The translations under genes and the position numbers were made by a program. From positions 8,430 to 72,429 of the forward strand of contig CAZTXB010000014.1 in the NCBI GenBank assembly GCA_964617955.1: 64,000 nucleotides of DNA, given 5' to 3'. The notes beneath the pieces were generated by a model that ran no database searches, was not told the origin of the DNA, and was given only the letters and a program-made list of their open reading frames with translations. Below are positions 9,449 through 19,339 of this stretch, one piece after another. The stretch comes from an uncultured Chitinophaga sp. Lineage in GTDB: Bacteria; Bacteroidota; Bacteroidia; NS11-12g; UBA9320. How positions within the stretch are numbered: position 1 is the stretch's first letter; the number at the start of each line of letters is the position of its first letter.

Positions 9449-9523
9449 AGTTTCTCATTGAAGTTCTTTAAGTCACCCTGTAAGGATGAAATAATTATTG
9501 ACATGGTTGCCTAATGAATAAAA

Positions 9524-9997
9524 TTATTCGGATAATTTTTTTACCCCATAATTTTTAGAATAATATTCGGCCAGCATTTCGGCGTAATAACCTGTGCTTT
9601 CTACTGCTTCTATTACTTCAGCCTCTGTGAGTCCGGCAACAATTCGCTTGTACTTAATCGCCAAAACATTGTCTTGACGGTTTACAATGATGGAGGCCTG
9701 GTAAAGGTGAAAATTCATATGCAGCAATTCCTCATAAAATTGAAACAGTCTGGAGGCTTCGGGCAATTCGGTAATGGGTGCTATAACCTGAAAGGTATTA
9801 ACCGCATGCTCGGTTCCGGTGTAGTTCCAGTCGGAGTTTATGCTCGGCTTCCAAACATCTATAAATATACAAATGGCTCCTCTGAATAACTGCCATTGGC
9901 CTGTTTCTTCGCCTCTGGTTTCTTCCGGCGTCAATCCCATTTTTTGGATTGCAGATTCAATAATTTGGGTGTAATTGTCTGACATAAAAGAGCGCAA
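9524..9997 (-). CDS. YbjN-like (putative sensory-transduction/T3SS-chaperone-fold) domain protein.
   Basis: The 157-aa acidic cytoplasmic protein has a C-terminal pattern (LAIKYKRIVAGLTEAEVIEAVESTGYYAEMLAEYY) that resembles the YbjN family. I cannot confirm this without an HMM. Confidence 0.4.
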   Translation of the reverse strand: MRSFMSDNYTQIIESAIQKMGLTPEETRGEETGQWQLFRGAICIFIDVWKPSINSDWNYTGTEHAVNTFQVIAPITELPEASRLFQFYEELLHMNFHLYQASIIVNRQDNVLAIKYKRIVAGLTEAEVIEAVESTGYYAEMLAEYYSKNYGVKKLSE

Positions 9998-10074
9998 AAA
10001 TAAATTAATTTTTTATTCTACTTTATAAATGCCAAAATATCAAAGGAATCGAGATTTCAATCCGGTTAAATTGT

Positions 10075-12087
10075 TCAGTGAAGAATAACCAATGGCGCTG
10101 TTTTCACCTGATGGTTATCAACTCTTTTTACCTGGTAGCTGCCGTTGGGAAGGAATGATAAATCTATGACTGACTTGTCTTTATGAATTTTTTCAGTGCT
10201 TACTAAAGTGCCAATTGCGTTGTAAATGTAAATCTCCGCCTCGGAAGTCAGATTAAAGTTCAAGGACTTTGAACAGGGATTTGGATAAAAATATAGGGCA
10301 CCGGTTCCTGTGTTATTTTTTCGAGAATATTGTGTTGCGTCTATGCAAGTAGCATCGCTAATAACCCTCTGTTTATTAATGCCTTCAACAACCCAGCGGT
10401 AGCATCCGCTTCCCTTGTCCAAGTCAAAGGTTTCAACAACGCTGTCTTTTTGAAATAGCGTGTTATTTGAAAAATTATGACCCATATCGGACCAATTGCT
10501 CTGCGCACTGTCAGCTTTTTGTAGGGTTATGCTCTTCACATTCCATTGTAGGTTTCCGGAGAAGACGGCAATAATTTTATTCTCGCTGAGTTCGAATCTT
10601 GGAACATAATTTATGCTGAATTCATCTTCACCAACACTCAAAGCCCTCAAAGCTACATGGTCGTAGCGGTACCTGGCCGGAATACCAGAATTGCGGTTAC
10701 TCAATGGAAATCCAATGGCTGGATAGGTTTTAAAACTTGGCCACCAATAAGGGTTTTGGATTAGGTAAAGGCTTGGTTCAATCAAAGGTGTTTTCGGATT
10801 TTCGGAAGGCAGATAATTCGACAGAAGATAATTGCCCTCTCCTGTCATATTATTTAATTTTCCTGTATTTTCATTCGCCAAAAAGTGAGTTCGGTTACCG
10901 GCGCCTGTATTCATAAATATACCCCAATTGTTTGTTCTGTTTCTAAAAAATAAGTTTCCGGGACCATTTTGACCATGCGAGTTGTCTACCACGATATTGC
11001 CCAACTCATTTCCTTCAAATAAGTTGGCAAAGGGATAATTGCCATGCAAAACTATTTCTCCTGCCGAATTGGAAGGAAAGAACCCTTCCTTCCAAAATGG
11101 ATTCAGGGAATAATTGCCGGAAATAACATTGGTATTAGCCCCAGCCTGCAACAAAATGCTGTGACGCAGGTTCTCAAATATGCAGTTTTCTATAAGGCAG
11201 TGGCTGCTGCTAAAGCTCAGTTCAACGCCGTAGGCTTTTCCTCCTCCTCCGTAATCGAAGGCATGATGTATATAGGAGTCGGCCACTTTGCAGTGAAAGG
11301 ATTTGTTGATGCTCACATGCGACATGTTGGATTTAAAACTTTCCACTCCCACGACTGAACAGTGGGCTGCATAGTAAAAATTAAAATTATGGGTTTGGCC
11401 TGGCGTTGCGTCTAACCTTTGCAGGGAAAAGTTTTTGAAATGCACATTGAATATTGGACGGATATGCCTGATGCGCGCATTTTCATAAAGGCTGTAATTA
11501 AGCGCCAACTCTGTAGTAAAATAAGCCTTTTTATCAGAGCTGCTTTCACATTTTAGTATTTGCCCAATGCTGTTCATCGCCCAATCGCTGGTTGCTAATC
11601 CCTTGCCATTAATCAACAATTCGTAGTACTCATTTTTAAGTAGGACAGAATCACTGAATACCTCTTTCGAGTGGAGTTGGTGTCCGCCAAGAATTGGGAA
11701 AAAACTTTCTGATTGAGGCGCCGAAATTTCGAAGAGATGTCCCTTGCCTCTTAAATCAAACAGGAATTTTGTTCTAACAGCTCCTTCACCCTGAATGCAT
11801 ATATTGCTTTTAAGATAAATGGTGTTTTCAAAAAAATAGGTGCCTTCAGGAAAATAAAAAATATTTACAATCTCGTCAGAAGCTTCGTTTATCAATTTTT
11901 GAAGCTGAACACTGTTGTCGAAAGCCCCATTTCCAAGAAGTCCCATGTCGAGAACATTGACTTTTCTCTCATGTATAGAAAACGCTTGATTTCCTGAAAT
12001 ATTCCAGTCAAAACGCAGACTATCAGGCACTTGACTAAATGCGCTTAGGGCACAAAATGCAAAAATAAATGCATAAATTGTCTTCAA
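10075..12087 (-). CDS. Secreted right-handed parallel beta-helix (pectin-lyase-fold) protein with a T9SS type-A (Por) C-terminal sorting domain.
   Basis: The signal peptide is MKTIYAFIFAFCALSAFSQ. Gly/Asn-rich beta-helix repeats are present (GGGGKAYGVELSFSSSHCLIENCIFENL, NTNVISGNYS). The C-terminus YFYPNPCSKSLNF...IYNAIGTLV...LPNGSYQV fits the type-A CTD. Confidence 0.8.
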   Translation of the reverse strand: MKTIYAFIFAFCALSAFSQVPDSLRFDWNISGNQAFSIHERKVNVLDMGLLGNGAFDNSVQLQKLINEASDEIVNIFYFPEGTYFFENTIYLKSNICIQGEGAVRTKFLFDLRGKGHLFEISAPQSESFFPILGGHQLHSKEVFSDSVLLKNEYYELLINGKGLATSDWAMNSIGQILKCESSSDKKAYFTTELALNYSLYENARIRHIRPIFNVHFKNFSLQRLDATPGQTHNFNFYYAAHCSVVGVESFKSNMSHVSINKSFHCKVADSYIHHAFDYGGGGKAYGVELSFSSSHCLIENCIFENLRHSILLQAGANTNVISGNYSLNPFWKEGFFPSNSAGEIVLHGNYPFANLFEGNELGNIVVDNSHGQNGPGNLFFRNRTNNWGIFMNTGAGNRTHFLANENTGKLNNMTGEGNYLLSNYLPSENPKTPLIEPSLYLIQNPYWWPSFKTYPAIGFPLSNRNSGIPARYRYDHVALRALSVGEDEFSINYVPRFELSENKIIAVFSGNLQWNVKSITLQKADSAQSNWSDMGHNFSNNTLFQKDSVVETFDLDKGSGCYRWVVEGINKQRVISDATCIDATQYSRKNNTGTGALYFYPNPCSKSLNFNLTSEAEIYIYNAIGTLVSTEKIHKDKSVIDLSFLPNGSYQVKRVDNHQVKTAPLVILH

Positions 12088-12133
12088 TTTTCTTGTGTTA
12101 GCACAACGAAGCTAACCCTTAATTTTGAATAAT

Positions 12134-12841
12134 TCAAGTGCCAATCAAAAAAATTGCTGGTTGTTTGTGTAAATTAAGCTCTGTCTGCTTCCATTTTTCA
12201 ATGGTTTGTGATAGGATAATTTCATTTTCGAGCGAAATATTGCAGCCGATGCAAAGCTTAGTTAACGGGTTGAGATGTTGCACAAGAGATTGTAAAAGTT
12301 GACCATTCCTGTAGGGCGTTTCCATAAATATTTGGGTTTGCCCGCTTTTCTTCACATCAAGTTCAAGTTGTTTTATTTTTTTTGTTCTTAGCGTTGATTC
12401 AATAGGTAGATAGCCGTGAAAGGCAAAGTTTTGACCATTAAAGCCGGAAGCCATCAAAGCCATATATATGCTGGATGGTCCACTCAGAGGCGTGACCGAG
12501 ATTCCATTTTTGTGTGCAAAAGCAACTGCTTTGTTTCCGGGATCGGCCACGCATGGAATCCCCGAATCGCTCATCAGTCCAATATTTTCGCCTTTAAGGC
12601 AACTTTTAAAATAAGGCGTTAAATCAAAATTTGATTTTGAATGCTCATTGAGCTCATAAAAGACAAACTCACTTTGAGGAACGGGATGTTCAATGGTTTT
12701 TAAAAAAGATCTGGCTGATTTTTCAGATTCAACAATAAAACTCTTAAGCCCGTGAATGATACTCAATTGCCGGGGCGAAATATCACCAACATGACCTGAT
12801 CCCAGAAAATTGGGAATGATAAATAAACGACCCTTTGACAA
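12134..12841 (-). CDS. SAM-dependent methyltransferase of the tetrapyrrole-methylase (RsmI/YraL-like) family.
   Basis: The 235-aa protein starts LFIIPNFLGSGHVGDIS. It contains the family motifs ...IGLMSDSGIPCVADPG...SGPSSIYMALMASG... Confidence 0.65.
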   Translation of the reverse strand: MSKGRLFIIPNFLGSGHVGDISPRQLSIIHGLKSFIVESEKSARSFLKTIEHPVPQSEFVFYELNEHSKSNFDLTPYFKSCLKGENIGLMSDSGIPCVADPGNKAVAFAHKNGISVTPLSGPSSIYMALMASGFNGQNFAFHGYLPIESTLRTKKIKQLELDVKKSGQTQIFMETPYRNGQLLQSLVQHLNPLTKLCIGCNISLENEIILSQTIEKWKQTELNLHKQPAIFLIGT

Positions 12842-13026
12842 GTTTCAAATATAAAACGACAATATTAATAAAATACATGGATGATCTCGTCTTGATATGG
12901 CTACTCGTCTTAATATTGGAATAACTACCTTTGCGCTCCATTCTTGTAGATTTTCGAAAAATATGCGCATGCGAGGTTCTGAATTATTTCATTTGAAGTA
13001 TAATCTTAACCAGTCGTGCTTAGAAC

Positions 13027-15174
13027 GTGATCTATAGTATGAGAAATATATTCAACATGATGTCACAACCGGAAAAAGTCTCAGATAAAAACAAGCAGCA
13101 AGCCTCCAAAAAACTACCTCATAAATCGGTCGAAAGATTAGTGGCTCCGCAAGCCAAAAAAATAAAAAAAGTATTAAGCTCAAATGGTGACGACAGGCTC
13201 GACAATTATTACTGGCTGAACGATAGAGAGAATCCCGAGGTTATCAAATATCTGGAGGAGGAGAATGCTTACACCAAAGAGTGCTTAGATCACACCGAAA
13301 AATTTCAGAATAATCTATTTAAAGAAATGGTCGGTCGCATTAAGCAAACCGATGCGTCGGTACCTTATAAACTTAACGGTTACTGGTACTATACGCGGTT
13401 TGAAGAGAAAAAAGAATACCCCATTTATTGCCGTAAAAAAGAGTCCCTTGACAAACCTGAGGAAATATTGCTCGATGTAAACAAGTTGGCCAAAGGGCAA
13501 TCGTATATGGATGTAAGCGGCCTCAGTGTAAGTCCTGATAACAACATTTTGGCCTATTCGACCGACACCCTGAGCAGAAGAATTTACACCATACATTTTA
13601 AAAACTTAAAGACAGGCACGCTTTTAAAAGATACCATTGAAAACACCACCGGCGGCTGTTTTTGGGCAGCAGACAGCCAGCATGTTTTTTATTCAGTGAA
13701 AGATCAAAAAACCTTGAGGTCATTTCAAATCTATCGCCGAAAGCTCAATGAAGAAAAATCGCATCTGGTTTATGAAGAAAATGACGAGACTTTCAATACC
13801 TACATTTTTAAAAGCAAATCTAAAAAATACCTTTTCATTGGGTGCGACAGCACGCTCACTTCGGAGTATAGAATTTTAGAGTCCGACAATCCTACAGGAG
13901 AATTTAGAATTTTTCAGTCCAGAAAACGCGGGGTGGAATATAGCATTGCGCACTTTGAGGACAAATTTTTTATCAGTACCAATTGGAAAGCCCGAAATTT
14001 CAGATTGATGAAATGCTCTGAAGCTCAAACCGAAATGGAGCATTGGGAAGAATTAATCCCACATCGAAACGACACCTTGCTGGAGGGTATTGAAATTTTT
14101 AAAAATTTTATGGTGGTTGACGAGCGAAAAAATGGGCTTACCCACTTGCGCATCATTAACCAAAGCGACCAAAGCGAGCATTATCTCGACTTTGGTGAAC
14201 CGGTGTACAGTGCGGCTACAGGCGTAAATCCCGATTTTGACAGCGAATGGCTGAGGTTCACCTATACTTCACTCACTACACCCAACAGCGTTTACGATTA
14301 TCATCTTTTAAATAAAGAAAAAAAATTGCTGAAGCAGCAAGAGGTTGTGGGAGGATATGATGCACAAAACTACGCCTCTGAGAGGCTTTTTGCAGTAGCG
14401 GATGACGGAAAAAAAATTCCGATTTCTTTGGTGTACAACAAACAATTTGTGAAAGGCGAAAACACTCCCTTACTTTTATATGGGTATGGTTCGTATGGAG
14501 CCAGCATGGATGTGTATTTCAGCTCCGTGAAGCTGAGTTTGCTCGACCGGGGATTTACTTTTGCGATTGCCCATGTAAGAGGAGGGCAAGATTTGGGAAG
14601 GAAATGGTATGAAGACGGTAAACTGTTAAAAAAGAAAAACACCTTTACCGATTTTATTCAATGTGCCCACTTTTTAATTTCAAAAAAGTACACTTCGGCG
14701 GAACATCTCTATGCCATGGGGGGTAGTGCCGGGGGCTTACTCATGGGCGCTGTTGTAAACATGCAGCCTTCCATATGGCGCGCAGTGGTTGCTCAGGTTC
14801 CCTTTGTAGACGTGCTCACCACCATGCTCGACGATTCCATCCCACTCACAACCGGAGAATACGATGAGTGGGGAAATCCAAATAAGAAGAATTACTACGA
14901 TTACATAAAATCTTACAGCCCATACGACAATATTAAAGCCCAAAATTACCCGGCCATGCTTATCACCACCGGATTGCATGATAGCCAGGTGCAATATTGG
15001 GAGCCGGCAAAGTGGGTAGCCAAGCTGAGAGAATTAAAAACGGATCACAATCGAATATTGCTTTATACCAATATGGAAGCCGGCCACGGGGGTGCTTCGG
15101 GCCGATTCGAGAGGTTGAAGGAAGTGGCATTAGAATATGCCTTTTTATTGGATTGTGAAGGAATAAAGAAGTAA
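13027..15174 (+). CDS. ptrB: Oligopeptidase B (S9A prolyl-oligopeptidase-family serine peptidase).
   Basis: The N-terminal DNYYWLNDRENPEVIKYLEEENAYT motif is present. The catalytic region GGSAGGLLMG ... PFVDVLTTMLDDSIPLTTGEYDEWGNP ... TTGLHDSQVQYWEPAKWVAKLRELKTD is nearly identical to E. coli PtrB. The true start may be the MMSQ at about 13057. Confidence 0.9.
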   Translation: MIYSMRNIFNMMSQPEKVSDKNKQQASKKLPHKSVERLVAPQAKKIKKVLSSNGDDRLDNYYWLNDRENPEVIKYLEEENAYTKECLDHTEKFQNNLFKEMVGRIKQTDASVPYKLNGYWYYTRFEEKKEYPIYCRKKESLDKPEEILLDVNKLAKGQSYMDVSGLSVSPDNNILAYSTDTLSRRIYTIHFKNLKTGTLLKDTIENTTGGCFWAADSQHVFYSVKDQKTLRSFQIYRRKLNEEKSHLVYEENDETFNTYIFKSKSKKYLFIGCDSTLTSEYRILESDNPTGEFRIFQSRKRGVEYSIAHFEDKFFISTNWKARNFRLMKCSEAQTEMEHWEELIPHRNDTLLEGIEIFKNFMVVDERKNGLTHLRIINQSDQSEHYLDFGEPVYSAATGVNPDFDSEWLRFTYTSLTTPNSVYDYHLLNKEKKLLKQQEVVGGYDAQNYASERLFAVADDGKKIPISLVYNKQFVKGENTPLLLYGYGSYGASMDVYFSSVKLSLLDRGFTFAIAHVRGGQDLGRKWYEDGKLLKKKNTFTDFIQCAHFLISKKYTSAEHLYAMGGSAGGLLMGAVVNMQPSIWRAVVAQVPFVDVLTTMLDDSIPLTTGEYDEWGNPNKKNYYDYIKSYSPYDNIKAQNYPAMLITTGLHDSQVQYWEPAKWVAKLRELKTDHNRILLYTNMEAGHGGASGRFERLKEVALEYAFLLDCEGIKK

Positions 15175-15210
15175 GAAAAGCCTGTTTCTGATTCAAACTT
15201 TTTCGAAATC

Positions 15211-16119
15211 CTAATGTTCCGGATTGCTCTGCATTTTAAATATGTGAAAAACATAGGGAAACAGCACATCCATATATTGGGTTACGGCTTTGGCTGAGCC
15301 CGGAAAGGTAAGAACCAGGGATTTTTTTCTCATGCCTGAAATCCCTCTCGATAACATGGAGTAAGGAGTTCTCTGGTTTCCATACTGCCTTGCGTTTTCC
15401 ATTATTCCCGGGATGTCAATTTCCAGTAAAGGTTTTACAGCATTTGGAGTGATATCCCGCAATGCCAGACCAGTACCTCCGGTAAATAGGATCAAGTCAA
15501 TTCCCGCATCCGAATGCCTAATCAATTCCCTGGAAATAGGCTCACCCTCATCTGGAATAACTGAATAGGATTCCACCTTAACTTGAAGGGATTCCAATTT
15601 AGATGTGATAATTTTACCTGACACATCTTCTTTTTGGCCTGTGGAAACCGAATCGGAACACACGATCACAGCAGCAGTGAGAGGGCGATCTGCAGGGTTT
15701 TTAAAATCCGACTTGCCGCCTCTCTTTTCCAATAATTTAATGTTACAAATTTCTACGCCTTTGTCGATAGGCTTGAGCATATCATAAATAGTTAGTGCTG
15801 CAATGGACGCGCCATGCATTGCCTCGACCTCCACACCTGTTTTGTAAATGGTTTTAACTTCTAAAAATATGATGATTTTCAACTCAGATATTTCGAATTC
15901 AATTTTTGCCGATTCAATGGGCATGGGATGGCAATCCGGAATCAAATCGGAAGTTTTTTTTACGCCAAGTAATGCTGCTGCTTTGGCCATAGAAAACACA
16001 TCGCCTTTCGGAACCTTAGAATTTAAGATTGCTTTTATGGTCTCCATATCCGAAACCTGCACAATAGCCTGAGCTCTTGCCATTCTCAATGTAAAAATTT
16101 TGTGGGTGATGTCGTTCAT
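15211..16119 (-). CDS. moaC: Bifunctional molybdenum-cofactor protein: an N-terminal MoaC (cyclic pyranopterin monophosphate synthase) fused to a C-terminal MogA/MoaB domain.
   Basis: The N-terminal half has DLIPDCHPMPIESAKIEFE...GVEVEAMHGASIAALTIYDMLK (MoaC). The C-terminal half has AAVIVCSDSVSTG...LILFTGGTGLALRDITPNAVKPLL...MLSRGISG (MogA/MoaB fold). Confidence 0.85.
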   Translation of the reverse strand: MNDITHKIFTLRMARAQAIVQVSDMETIKAILNSKVPKGDVFSMAKAAALLGVKKTSDLIPDCHPMPIESAKIEFEISELKIIIFLEVKTIYKTGVEVEAMHGASIAALTIYDMLKPIDKGVEICNIKLLEKRGGKSDFKNPADRPLTAAVIVCSDSVSTGQKEDVSGKIITSKLESLQVKVESYSVIPDEGEPISRELIRHSDAGIDLILFTGGTGLALRDITPNAVKPLLEIDIPGIMENARQYGNQRTPYSMLSRGISGMRKKSLVLTFPGSAKAVTQYMDVLFPYVFHIFKMQSNPEH

Positions 16120-16443
16120 AGATGACTAATTAAAAGCGAAATCTGACCTGCGAAATTAAACGATTCTCAATCAAGTTAGGTTGATGAAGTATGCCAACAG
16201 CTTTAAAATAAAATAGCCGGCTTTGTATCGAATTATTGTTTTTTCAATTATAGACTTTGCATTTAAATAGATTCGGGTATAAAAAAGTAGCAAAGGTTTA
16301 AACTAACCTTTCTTTGTTTGATTTTCTTTCTGCGTCATGTTTTTATTCCATTTTTAAACAAACGCTTGGCAAAGAAATCCTATAAAAAGAAATTGCCTGA
16401 ATACCTTTAATTTTGATAATGGATTTCATTATTAAAAATTCTC

Positions 16444-17853
16444 ATGCAACCCATAGAACACATCAATGCGCTATTTGAAAAGGCAAAGAAAGGGGAAGCT
16501 CACCTTGCTCCGGAAATATTCGAGGTCATTTGGCTCAACCACACCCGAATGCCTCATTCCGCAATCAAACCTTTGCTCGATAAGATTTACGAATGGGCAA
16601 AACAAACTGCTGTAAAGTATCCCGAATTATTGGCTCTCACCTATTTAGCCATGGGGACCGTTGCTCACCATTCCGACCAGTTTGAGCACTCCCTCCAATG
16701 TTGTAATGCCTCATTCTCATTGTTTTCGGGAATAAACGACAAAGATGGTATGGCAGCAGCATCAGTTTATATTGGATATGTTTACCGCTCACTGGGGGAG
16801 ATAGATTTGGCGCTTGAATATGGACTGGATGGCATAGAGCAACTTTCAAAAAGCGGCAAGCATAAAATGCTTTTAATCATTGATTATTATTGGGTAGGTA
16901 CGGTATATGCCGAATCAGGTCAGCACAAGGACGCCATAGATTTATTTAACGCAGGTTTAAGCGTTGATTATGAAGCCGGCCATGAAGCCTTAAAAGCCAG
17001 ATTAACCAATGGGATTGCAGGTGTTTACATGAACCAAAAAAAATATGATCTCGCTTTAGAATTCTACGATAAGGCTTTGGGACAATGCAGCGAATATGAG
17101 CCGACCTTTAAAGCCAGGGGCCTAACCGATTTGGGTAATTATTATTTTCACATGGGCGATTACAAAAAAGCCATCGCTTACAATGAGGAGGCATTGAATT
17201 TAAGACGCCAAATGAATATTGTGAATGGGTCGATAACCAATTTGATGAACCTTGGAAACATTGCAAAAACGCAAGGCGATTTGATCGGAGCAATTGAGAT
17301 TTTTAAAGAGTGCTTAAGCCTTGCTGAGAGCATTAGGGTCAAATCAAAAATGTATCAGATTCATTATCATTTGTATGAGCTATACCTTGGGTTAGGCAAA
17401 GTTGAGAATTCCCTTACTCACTTTAAAGCTTTTCATGAAATCAGGGAGGATGTTAGTCATGAAGACAATGAGAGAAAGGTGAAAAATCAACAACTTTTAT
17501 TTGAAGCCAAGCAAACGAGAAAGGAAAATGCCATTATCAAGCAGCAGAAGGAGCAAATTGAAGAGAAGAACCGTGAGCTACAAGCGACCATCGAAGAGCT
17601 CACGATTACCAAAATAAGCCGTCGTGCCAAGGCAATAACCCTTTTCATTGCCGTATTCTTGATTATTATTGACACTTTATTGCATCATTTTGTCATTTCA
17701 AAATATGCCCATAACAACTATTTTATATTGTTGGCCTCAGAAGGTGTTTTGGTATTGTTTTTAAAGCCCATCGAAAATGCCGTTGAGCACAGATTGCTTG
17801 CTCAGGTTATCAAGCAAAGAAGAAAAAAAGAGGCGTTACAAAACACACCATAA
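16444..17853 (+). CDS. Tetratricopeptide-repeat protein with a coiled-coil segment and two C-terminal transmembrane helices. It resembles the sensor module of Bacteroidetes TPR sensors but has no output domain.
   Basis: There are repeated TPR-like units (AL.Y..AL....). A heptad-rich segment KENAIIKQQKEQIEEKNRELQATIEEL follows, then two hydrophobic helices (AITLFIAVFLIIIDTLL; FILLASEGVLVLFL). Confidence 0.6.
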   Translation: MQPIEHINALFEKAKKGEAHLAPEIFEVIWLNHTRMPHSAIKPLLDKIYEWAKQTAVKYPELLALTYLAMGTVAHHSDQFEHSLQCCNASFSLFSGINDKDGMAAASVYIGYVYRSLGEIDLALEYGLDGIEQLSKSGKHKMLLIIDYYWVGTVYAESGQHKDAIDLFNAGLSVDYEAGHEALKARLTNGIAGVYMNQKKYDLALEFYDKALGQCSEYEPTFKARGLTDLGNYYFHMGDYKKAIAYNEEALNLRRQMNIVNGSITNLMNLGNIAKTQGDLIGAIEIFKECLSLAESIRVKSKMYQIHYHLYELYLGLGKVENSLTHFKAFHEIREDVSHEDNERKVKNQQLLFEAKQTRKENAIIKQQKEQIEEKNRELQATIEELTITKISRRAKAITLFIAVFLIIIDTLLHHFVISKYAHNNYFILLASEGVLVLFLKPIENAVEHRLLAQVIKQRRKKEALQNTP

Positions 17854-17872
17854 GTGAATCGTGCCACCCTGT

Positions 17873-18316
17873 TCAAGAATTAACCTTCCATTGATGCGAC
17901 AAGTCGTCGAAGAGCTCCTTACCAAAAATCGGTGCTTCGCTTTTAATACGGTTCACCGTGGCCTCACATGCCTTGAAAGCTGCGTTGCGGTGAGGAGAGG
18001 ATACGAATACCCAAAAACAAATTTCACCGCTATTTATTTTACCTAAACTGTGCTTCACATGGGCACAAGTAAGTTCGTACTCCACAATAATTTCTTCCCT
18101 TATTTTTTCGAGAACCTCATCGGCCATGGGCCTGTAGGCAGAGTATTCGATCGCGGCAATGGTTTTACTCTCCTTTAGGTCGGCCCTTACCTGTCCTAAA
18201 AAAATTTGGTGTGCCCCGATGTTTGTTTTGCGCTGGTGACCAGAGATGCTTGAGGCAATCATTTCCGGGGTAATGGGTCCTTCAACAAAAAAGTTATGTT
18301 TTTTATTTTTATCCAT
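17873..18316 (-). CDS. moaE: Molybdopterin synthase catalytic subunit MoaE.
   Basis: The 147-aa protein contains GAHQIFLGQVRAD...IEYSAYRPMA...ICFWVFVSSPHRNAAFKACEATVNRIKSEAPIFGKE, which is MoaE-like. It sits in the moa cluster. Confidence 0.8.
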   Translation of the reverse strand: MDKNKKHNFFVEGPITPEMIASSISGHQRKTNIGAHQIFLGQVRADLKESKTIAAIEYSAYRPMADEVLEKIREEIIVEYELTCAHVKHSLGKINSGEICFWVFVSSPHRNAAFKACEATVNRIKSEAPIFGKELFDDLSHQWKVNS

Positions 18317-18328
18317 GCCTTTGCTGTT

Positions 18329-19096
18329 TTAAGTTTCACTTGCCATTTTAAGTCGCGACAGTATGGCTTCGGTATTTCTTTTAATTTTTAAAAATTGAAT
18401 GTGATAGTTTTTTGTATTGAAGAGCATCATTTGTCCTGAACAAATTTCTCCAATACCGGTAATCATTTTAATAACCTCATTGGCTTGCATGGTGCCCAGT
18501 ATACCCGGTGTCGTTCCTAGAACTCCGGTAATTGCGCAATTAATGGTGATTTCATTCGACGGTCTTTCAGGAAAGGCACAGCGGTAAGTTGGACTTTTTT
18601 CATCCAGATTAAAGACTGAGAGTTGGGCTTCGAATTTATGAATACCGGCATAAACAAAAGGTGTGTTGAGCCTGACACAAGCGTCGTTGATGGCATAGCG
18701 CGCCTCAAAATTGTCGGTGCAATCCACCACAATATCAAATTTCGAAAAGATGCTTTCAGCGTTCTCAGGGCTTAAGGTGAGATTGAAAATTTCTACCTGT
18801 ATATTCGGGTTTTGGGCATGGATCCAGTTTTGGGCACATACAACTTTTGCTTTCCCGATGTCATTTTGGGTAAAAATTACCTGACGGTGTAAGTTGCTGA
18901 GTTCCACCAAATCAAAGTCTACGATACCCAGATGGCCTATGCCGGCAGCGCTAAGGTATTGTATGACCGGACCTCCTAATCCCCCGGCCCCTACAATGAC
19001 CACTTTAGCCATTTTTAATTTTTCCTGACCTGAAACCCCAAATTCGGAGAGTTGAATTTGCCGGCTGAAGCGGTTTATTTCCTCTTTGTTCAACAT
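18329..19096 (-). CDS. moeB: Molybdopterin-synthase adenylyltransferase (HesA/MoeB/ThiF family).
   Basis: FSRQIQL...AKVVIVGAGGLGGPVIQYLSAAGIGHLGIVDFDLVELSNLHRQ is the E1-like Rossmann motif. The gene lies adjacent to moaD/moaE. Confidence 0.8.
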   Translation of the reverse strand: MLNKEEINRFSRQIQLSEFGVSGQEKLKMAKVVIVGAGGLGGPVIQYLSAAGIGHLGIVDFDLVELSNLHRQVIFTQNDIGKAKVVCAQNWIHAQNPNIQVEIFNLTLSPENAESIFSKFDIVVDCTDNFEARYAINDACVRLNTPFVYAGIHKFEAQLSVFNLDEKSPTYRCAFPERPSNEITINCAITGVLGTTPGILGTMQANEVIKMITGIGEICSGQMMLFNTKNYHIQFLKIKRNTEAILSRLKMASET

Positions 19097-19098
19097 AA

Positions 19099-19326
19099 TT
19101 ATCCTCCAGAGAATGGTGGAAGTAAGGCAAGTTCATCGTCATGCTGTATCACCGTATTCTCTGCAATTATTTCGCGATTCACTGCCAATTCAAATCGGTA
19201 ATTTTTTAAAAATGGGTAAGCATCATACAGTCTTTCTTTTAAGTTTTCAGAATTCTCGACACCTTTCATTTCTATTTCTGTATCGCCGATGACCTCTGTG
19301 AGTACCCCAAAAATTTGTATTTTCAT
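19099..19326 (-). CDS. moaD: Molybdopterin synthase sulfur-carrier subunit MoaD.
   Basis: The 75-aa protein has a beta-grasp size and ends in Gly-Gly (...LPPFSGG). Confidence 0.8.
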   Translation of the reverse strand: MKIQIFGVLTEVIGDTEIEMKGVENSENLKERLYDAYPFLKNYRFELAVNREIIAENTVIQHDDELALLPPFSGG

Positions 19327-19339
19327 TTTGAATTCTAAA

